NCBI GenBank assembly: GCA_963665815.1
Contig: OY762463.1
Coordinates: forward strand, 3,168,001 to 3,232,000
Reading direction: 5' to 3'
DNA: 64,000 bases
Source of the DNA: Candidatus Cloacimonadales bacterium
GTDB lineage: Bacteria > Cloacimonadota > Cloacimonadia > Cloacimonadales > JAIOQZ01
Below, one piece after another: positions 58,819 to 64,000 of the stretch. The translations under genes and the position numbers were made by a program. The stretch's first letter is position 1. Every line of letters starts with the position of its first letter. The notes under the pieces are model-generated. The model did no database searches. It had not been told where the DNA came from and saw only the letters and a list, made by a program, of their open reading frames with translations.

Positions 58819-60921
58819 ATGAATACGAAAAATTTCAGACTGTATGCTTTGCTGATATCAGCATTTACTATTACCGGTACTTTTTTCCTTTTCAGTCCTT
58901 TTAAAGGCAGTTACCGGTCTGGCGTATACGAAATCGGACAGATATCAGAGAAGACAATCATTGCTCCATTTACATTCTCAGTTTACAAATCCAAAGAAGA
59001 GATTGAAGAAGAACGTGATAGAGTAAGGGAATCACTGAATATTGTATATAAAATTGATGATGATGTTAATTATAATATTATCAATAATCTGAACTACTTG
59101 TTCAATCAAATTCTCGAATTGAATGCTTCCGGGGAAAACACAGCCGGGATGAAATCCAAATTGCAGAAGATAGGATTCCGACTAACTGATGATGCTGTTG
59201 AATATCTCAGAGATGATGAAACCAGAAGGAAAATGTATAATTTTCTTCTTGAGGAGACTCGGAAGATACTGGAGATAGGAATCTATTCTGACAGTTATTC
59301 TGAAGAAGAAATTTATTTGAATAGAGACAGTAATATAAAGCAGTATCAACTGAGACAATTGTATTCGCTGCAGGAAGCTATTGAGAAAGTATCTGAAAAA
59401 GGTTCGAGGAGCTTTAAACATATTGATCAGGTTTTAACTTTGATTCTGATACATAATATATCAGAGGATGTTGAAGCCAATCAGCTTGAAGAAGAAGAAG
59501 CTCTAAGGAACATTAGTACAGTATCCGGTAGGGTACTCAAAGATGAACAGATAATCAGCAAGAATCAAAGAATAGACGAAGAACAGTATCGTAAGCTTGT
59601 AGCATTAAGAGATGCTCAAGCTGCAAAGAAACAGACAAACAATAAGCCTAACAGAGTATTTGCTCTGCTTGGAATATTTTGCTATGTCTTTCTGTTACTT
59701 GCGGTATTCAGTGAATTATTTAAGAAATATTTCAACTCTCTTTATATTGATAAAGCAAGATGGTTGCTAGTTCAGGTAGTTCTGACAATTTCTCTTGCAG
59801 CAACTATTATCTTCCATATTTTCTTTAATTCTGCAGTAATTACAATACCTTTTGTGTTCTCTCCAATTCTTGTAAGTATAATACTTACCCCACTTCTTGG
59901 ATTAACTTTTTCATTCATTCATCTCCTTATTTCAATACCTTTTATCGGGTGGAATTGCTCGTCAGTTTATCCTATGTTTGTTGCAGTAATGGTAACGATA
60001 TTAATGAAAAATTCTACCAGAGGCAGATACTCATTTGCAAATGAATTTTTGAAGATTATATTCCTGTTTATATGCCTGCAGATATTCATGGCATTGATAA
60101 ATTTCTCAGGAATGAAAGCTACCTTAGACTCTATTCTGTATGGAATTGTATCAATATTGATATCCCTTTTCGTAATATATCTACTTGTTCCTCATCTCGA
60201 AAAGAAACTGTTGATCGCATCTCGTCAGGCATTGCTTGACTTGCTTGATCTGAATAATCCGTTAATGCGTCAGATGGCTGAATATGCACCCGGAACTTAT
60301 TCGCATTCGCTTATTGTAGGTAATCTTGCAGAAAGTGCTGCAGATGCCATAAAAGCCGATTCTCTTCTGGCAAGGATAGGGTCTTACTATCATGATATTG
60401 GAAAAATTGATGAAGCCGGAATATTTATTGAGAATAATTCTCAGGCATCACAGATACATGAGAAGCTGGAACCGGAAGAAAGTGCTGTCAGAATAAGAGA
60501 GCATGTTACAAGAGGTATTGCAAAGGCCAAAAGAGATATGCTTCCTCAGGCAGTAATAGACATTGTTGCTCAGCATCATGGAACAGCCGACATAAAATAT
60601 TTCCTCGATAAAGCCGAGAAATCCGGGAAGTCATTCAACGCTGACAAGTTCAGATATTTTGGACCGAAACCCCGTTCCAAGGAAGCTGCACTTGTTATGA
60701 TTGCAGACATTGTGGAGTCTACTGCAAAATCAATGAAAGACCATACGGAAGCACTGCTTTCAGAAATGATTGATCAGACAATAATCCGTCTCATTAAGGA
60801 AAAACAGTTGTCAGAAGCTCCTATCACTCTTAGAGATCTTGAAGTAGCGAAGAGTTACATGCTGCCTATTCTCAAAGGTGTTTACAACAAAAGGATTGAA
60901 TATCCCGGGCAGGAACTATAA
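58819..60921 (+). CDS. 7TM-HDIG phosphohydrolase (PgpH-like cyclic-di-AMP phosphodiesterase family)
   Basis: APGTYSHS, YYHDIGK, FIEN, QHHGT, RYFGPKP, MIADIVE; adjacent to ybeY. Confidence 0.87.
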   Translation: MNTKNFRLYALLISAFTITGTFFLFSPFKGSYRSGVYEIGQISEKTIIAPFTFSVYKSKEEIEEERDRVRESLNIVYKIDDDVNYNIINNLNYLFNQILELNASGENTAGMKSKLQKIGFRLTDDAVEYLRDDETRRKMYNFLLEETRKILEIGIYSDSYSEEEIYLNRDSNIKQYQLRQLYSLQEAIEKVSEKGSRSFKHIDQVLTLILIHNISEDVEANQLEEEEALRNISTVSGRVLKDEQIISKNQRIDEEQYRKLVALRDAQAAKKQTNNKPNRVFALLGIFCYVFLLLAVFSELFKKYFNSLYIDKARWLLVQVVLTISLAATIIFHIFFNSAVITIPFVFSPILVSIILTPLLGLTFSFIHLLISIPFIGWNCSSVYPMFVAVMVTILMKNSTRGRYSFANEFLKIIFLFICLQIFMALINFSGMKATLDSILYGIVSILISLFVIYLLVPHLEKKLLIASRQALLDLLDLNNPLMRQMAEYAPGTYSHSLIVGNLAESAADAIKADSLLARIGSYYHDIGKIDEAGIFIENNSQASQIHEKLEPEESAVRIREHVTRGIAKAKRDMLPQAVIDIVAQHHGTADIKYFLDKAEKSGKSFNADKFRYFGPKPRSKEAALVMIADIVESTAKSMKDHTEALLSEMIDQTIIRLIKEKQLSEAPITLRDLEVAKSYMLPILKGVYNKRIEYPGQEL

Positions 60922-61349
60922 TGCTTCAGATGACATTCGAAAACGTTGACACTATTCCGGGAATAGAGATTTTCAAGGATATAACAAATATTCTGTTTGC
61001 ATCAGAGAAAATTGATGAAGATAGAATACTGAATCTTACATTCACTGAAAGCAATTATATGAAATCTGTTAATAAGATGTATAGAGGGGTAGATAGAACA
61101 ACTGATGTATTATCCTTTAACAGTGATTTTGAATTGCTTCTTGGAGATATTCTGATTGACATTTTTGTGGCAGACAAGCAAAAAGGGAATGAATCGCTTT
61201 TATATGAATTAGTTATACTGTATATACACGGATTTCTTCATCTTGCCGGATATGATCATATTCATTGTCGAGATATTGAATTAATGCGGAGAAAAGAAAA
61301 GCGGTTAAGAGATAAAATACTAAAAAAATACAATAAGGAGTTAAGTTAG
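60921..61349 (+). CDS. ybeY: rRNA maturation endoribonuclease YbeY
   Basis: TDVLSF, LGDILI, HGFLHLAGYDH. Confidence 0.93.
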   Translation: MLQMTFENVDTIPGIEIFKDITNILFASEKIDEDRILNLTFTESNYMKSVNKMYRGVDRTTDVLSFNSDFELLLGDILIDIFVADKQKGNESLLYELVILYIHGFLHLAGYDHIHCRDIELMRRKEKRLRDKILKKYNKELS

Positions 61350-61353
61350 TCTC

Positions 61354-62619
61354 GTGGAAGATGGCATACATTATTTGTGGATAATATTTCTGTTAATATT
61401 ATCTGCGTTTTTCTCAGGTTCGGAAACAGCCTTTTTTTCGTTGAATAAGATACATCTTAAGAAATTTGAAAAAGAAGATACTAAATCGGCTAAACGTGTA
61501 AAAAAACTAATTGAAAAACCTCGTAAACTGCTTATTACTATTTTACTTGGTAATACAGTTGTAAATGTTTTTGCTTCAACAATAGCAACAATTATTGCTC
61601 TTAACATAAAAGACAGATATTTTCCTGATTCTACAGAGCTTGTAGTTACAGTGGAAATCGTGATAATGACGATTGCATTATTAATTTTCGGAGAGTTCAC
61701 ACCAAAGTTGTTTGCTTACACGGATCCCGAGAGATTTTCACGTTTTGGTTCTCCAATAATATCTGTTATTCAGTTTATACTTTATCCGATAATAATGATT
61801 CTTGAGTTTATCAATAACTTCTTTGCAAGAGAAAAGAAGAGTCATGGCTCAAATGATGTTATGACTACTGAGGATATACGAAATCTCATTCAGTCAAAAA
61901 ATACTGACAACACTCTTGAAGAAGATGAGAAGCAGATTATTGATAATATATTCAGACTTCCCGGAACAGAAGCAAGCGAGATAATGATTCCTCGAGTGGA
62001 TATTGTTGCTGTGGATATTGCTGACGGAATGGATAATTTGATAAAAACTATTAATGAGTCCGGTCATTCAAGAATACCGATTTATAAGAAAAACATTGAT
62101 GATATTATCGGTTTTGTTTATGCGAAAGACATTATTCTTCAGGATGAGAAGCAGAAAATAGGAACATTGTTGCGAAAACCTCTGATCGTCACTGAAAATA
62201 TGGGAGTTGATAAACTTTTAAACTTTTTTAAGAAGACCAAAGTGCATATTGCAGTTGTTGTAGATGAATATGGTGGAACTTCGGGATTGATATCCATGGA
62301 AGATATTCTGGAAGAGTTGTTCGGTGAGATTATGGATGAGCACGACAATGAAGATCCGATAATAACTCAATTGGCTGAATCAGAATATATTATAAACGGA
62401 ATGATTCCGGTATCTGAGATTAACGAGAAATTCCATCTGAGTATTGATGATGAATTCGATAATATTGCATCCTTTTTGTACTCCTCTTTCAATAAAGTAC
62501 CAGGCAAGAATGAAGTTTTCACAATAAAGGATTCCGTTGAATTTACCATACAGGATGTGGAAGATAACAGAATCAACTCAATAAAGATGAGACTTCTGTC
62601 TGATGACACAGCAGATTAA
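61354..62619 (+). CDS. HlyC/CorC (CNNM) family CBS-domain membrane protein
   Basis: SAFFSGSETA, ILLGNTVVN, GEFTPK, MIPR, HSRIP, VVDEYGGTSG. Confidence 0.9.
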   Translation: MEDGIHYLWIIFLLILSAFFSGSETAFFSLNKIHLKKFEKEDTKSAKRVKKLIEKPRKLLITILLGNTVVNVFASTIATIIALNIKDRYFPDSTELVVTVEIVIMTIALLIFGEFTPKLFAYTDPERFSRFGSPIISVIQFILYPIIMILEFINNFFAREKKSHGSNDVMTTEDIRNLIQSKNTDNTLEEDEKQIIDNIFRLPGTEASEIMIPRVDIVAVDIADGMDNLIKTINESGHSRIPIYKKNIDDIIGFVYAKDIILQDEKQKIGTLLRKPLIVTENMGVDKLLNFFKKTKVHIAVVVDEYGGTSGLISMEDILEELFGEIMDEHDNEDPIITQLAESEYIINGMIPVSEINEKFHLSIDDEFDNIASFLYSSFNKVPGKNEVFTIKDSVEFTIQDVEDNRINSIKMRLLSDDTAD

Positions 62620-63337
62620 AAATATAAGAATATTTGTTTTTTCACTGCTGATTCTGAGCTGTAATTTTCTATGGTGTGAGAAACTTAATTTCAAGATTAA
62701 ATACCTTGGCTTAAGTATAATAGATATTTCGTTCAACAATGAAGTTAAAGATTCATTGATTTCTATCAGAGCGAAATCGACAGGGATAGCCGGAGCTTTA
62801 TATGATGTTGATAACAAATACGATATTTATTATAAAGGGAATTTGTTACCTGTAACTTATCGCAAATCTATCAGTGAAAATGGATACAGGGAAGATCGAC
62901 TTATCAAATATGATAGAAACTCAAATCTTGCTGTAAGAGAAAACCTTCAGGATAATACTGAAAAATCTTACTGCATCGCTGATGAAAGCCGAGATTTTTT
63001 CTCATCTTTGATGCTGCTTAGAAAAACGACCTCTGACAGTGGAATGTTTATGATTGATGCCGCAGGTAAGAACTGGCAGGTCAGCTACAAAAATGCCGGT
63101 AGTGAAAAAGTGAAAAGTTGTCTTGGTAAAAAGAAAACATGCAAATATGAGTTGTCTTTTAAACCTGTGGATGACAAAAAAAAGGAAAAATCTGATTTAT
63201 TAACAAGCAATATTGTAAACCATAAAAGATATTTATATTTCTGGTTTACAGATGATAAGAACCGAATACCCGTGAAAGCAAAGTTCACATCTGAGCCATT
63301 TGCAGTATCCTGGATTCTTAAAGATTATAAGAAATGA
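62603..63337 (+). CDS. DUF3108-like exported protein
   Basis: Signal peptide; KYLGL, DFFSSL, YFWFTDDKNRIPVK. Confidence 0.7.
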   Translation: MTQQIKNIRIFVFSLLILSCNFLWCEKLNFKIKYLGLSIIDISFNNEVKDSLISIRAKSTGIAGALYDVDNKYDIYYKGNLLPVTYRKSISENGYREDRLIKYDRNSNLAVRENLQDNTEKSYCIADESRDFFSSLMLLRKTTSDSGMFMIDAAGKNWQVSYKNAGSEKVKSCLGKKKTCKYELSFKPVDDKKKEKSDLLTSNIVNHKRYLYFWFTDDKNRIPVKAKFTSEPFAVSWILKDYKK

Positions 63338-63349
63338 AATGGAGTAAAT

Positions 63350-64000
63350 ATGGAACATGATAATTTGTTGCATAACATTTTGCCTGAGGAAGTAACAAAA
63401 TGGAAGTATATTGAGAATGTAATTCATGGTGTGGCAGAACTGTTTTGCTTTGATGAAATCAGGACTTCAATACTTCAGGATAAAAGCCTGATAAGAAAAT
63501 CATATTTCGATGAGGAAGAGGACAACAATAAGTTTGATTCTATGTTTTACTCTCTGGCAGATCAGGATAATATCTGTCTCAGACCTGAATCAACTACAAC
63601 AATTTTGAAATCCAGTATCATTGAAGTAGCAGAAAAAGAAATTCAGAAGCTCTATTATCATGGTCCGGTGTTCAGGAAACACTCGCATTCAAGATACAAG
63701 CAGCTCCATCAATTCGGCTTTGAAATTATTGGTCATGATTCCCCAATGACAACTGTTCAATTGATTCAGATAGGTGAACTTATTGCAAAACGCCTAAGAC
63801 TCCCAAATGTATCAATAGAGATTTCGACCTATGGATGTGGAGATTGTCGAAAAATTTTTGTAAATGAGATTAAAAAATATTCCACAGAAAAGCATCTGGA
63901 AGAATGTAATGAAAACATCTGTGAGGAGCTTCCGAGTGATTCTCCTGATTTTGATGGAATGCTGTGTAAAGATTGCATGGAAATCTACAATTATACAAGA
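63350..64000 (+). CDS. Divergent histidyl-tRNA synthetase-like protein (HisS paralog / HisZ-like), 3'-truncated
   Basis: Not in the ORF track; my translation gives ILPEE..WKYIE, FDEIRT, CLRPESTT, KLYYHGPVFR, QLHQFGFEIIG; GGAG SD. Confidence 0.75.
   Translation, partial: MEHDNLLHNILPEEVTKWKYIENVIHGVAELFCFDEIRTSILQDKSLIRKSYFDEEEDNNKFDSMFYSLADQDNICLRPESTTTILKSSIIEVAEKEIQKLYYHGPVFRKHSHSRYKQLHQFGFEIIGHDSPMTTVQLIQIGELIAKRLRLPNVSIEISTYGCGDCRKIFVNEIKKYSTEKHLEECNENICEELPSDSPDFDGMLCKDCMEIYNYTR

Overview
Core chromosomal segment of a low-GC, diderm, probably anaerobic bacterium. Gene order and protein styles suggest Candidatus Cloacimonadota, which is inference only. Nearly all genes are on the + strand: a wza/wzc-like pair overlapping ispE-prs-rplY-pth-rpsF-ssb-rpsR-rplI, rpe-ffh-rpsP-khpA-rimM-trmD-rplS, a eukaryote-type UGPase, ackA, an ABC transporter, oligopeptidase B, an orphan fliG with a domain-permuted FliG paralog, tatD, lepB, hemW, buk, dnaE, two GWxTD proteins, priA, a LysM protein, an HDIG phosphodiesterase, ybeY and a divergent HisRS-like gene cut by the window end. 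The most notable feature is an 11-kb, eight-gene operon (43936-55016): OM protein, two TPR proteins, a small exported protein, TolQ, two different TolR/ExbD subunits and a TonB-C/AgmX-PglI-type protein. This layout resembles the Agl/Glt gliding-motor core of myxobacteria, and only one of the TolR subunits keeps the channel Asp. Other items of note: a beta-helix lipoprotein pair with near-identical ends and divergent middles bracketed by nested REP/MITE-like direct repeats, a dispersed hairpin-rich element with a codon-like substitution pattern, a small gene with a sigma54-type promoter, an S6:S18-type leader inside pth, and a 12-Tyr run in Wzc overlapping the ispE start. No rRNA, tRNA or CRISPR array was seen.
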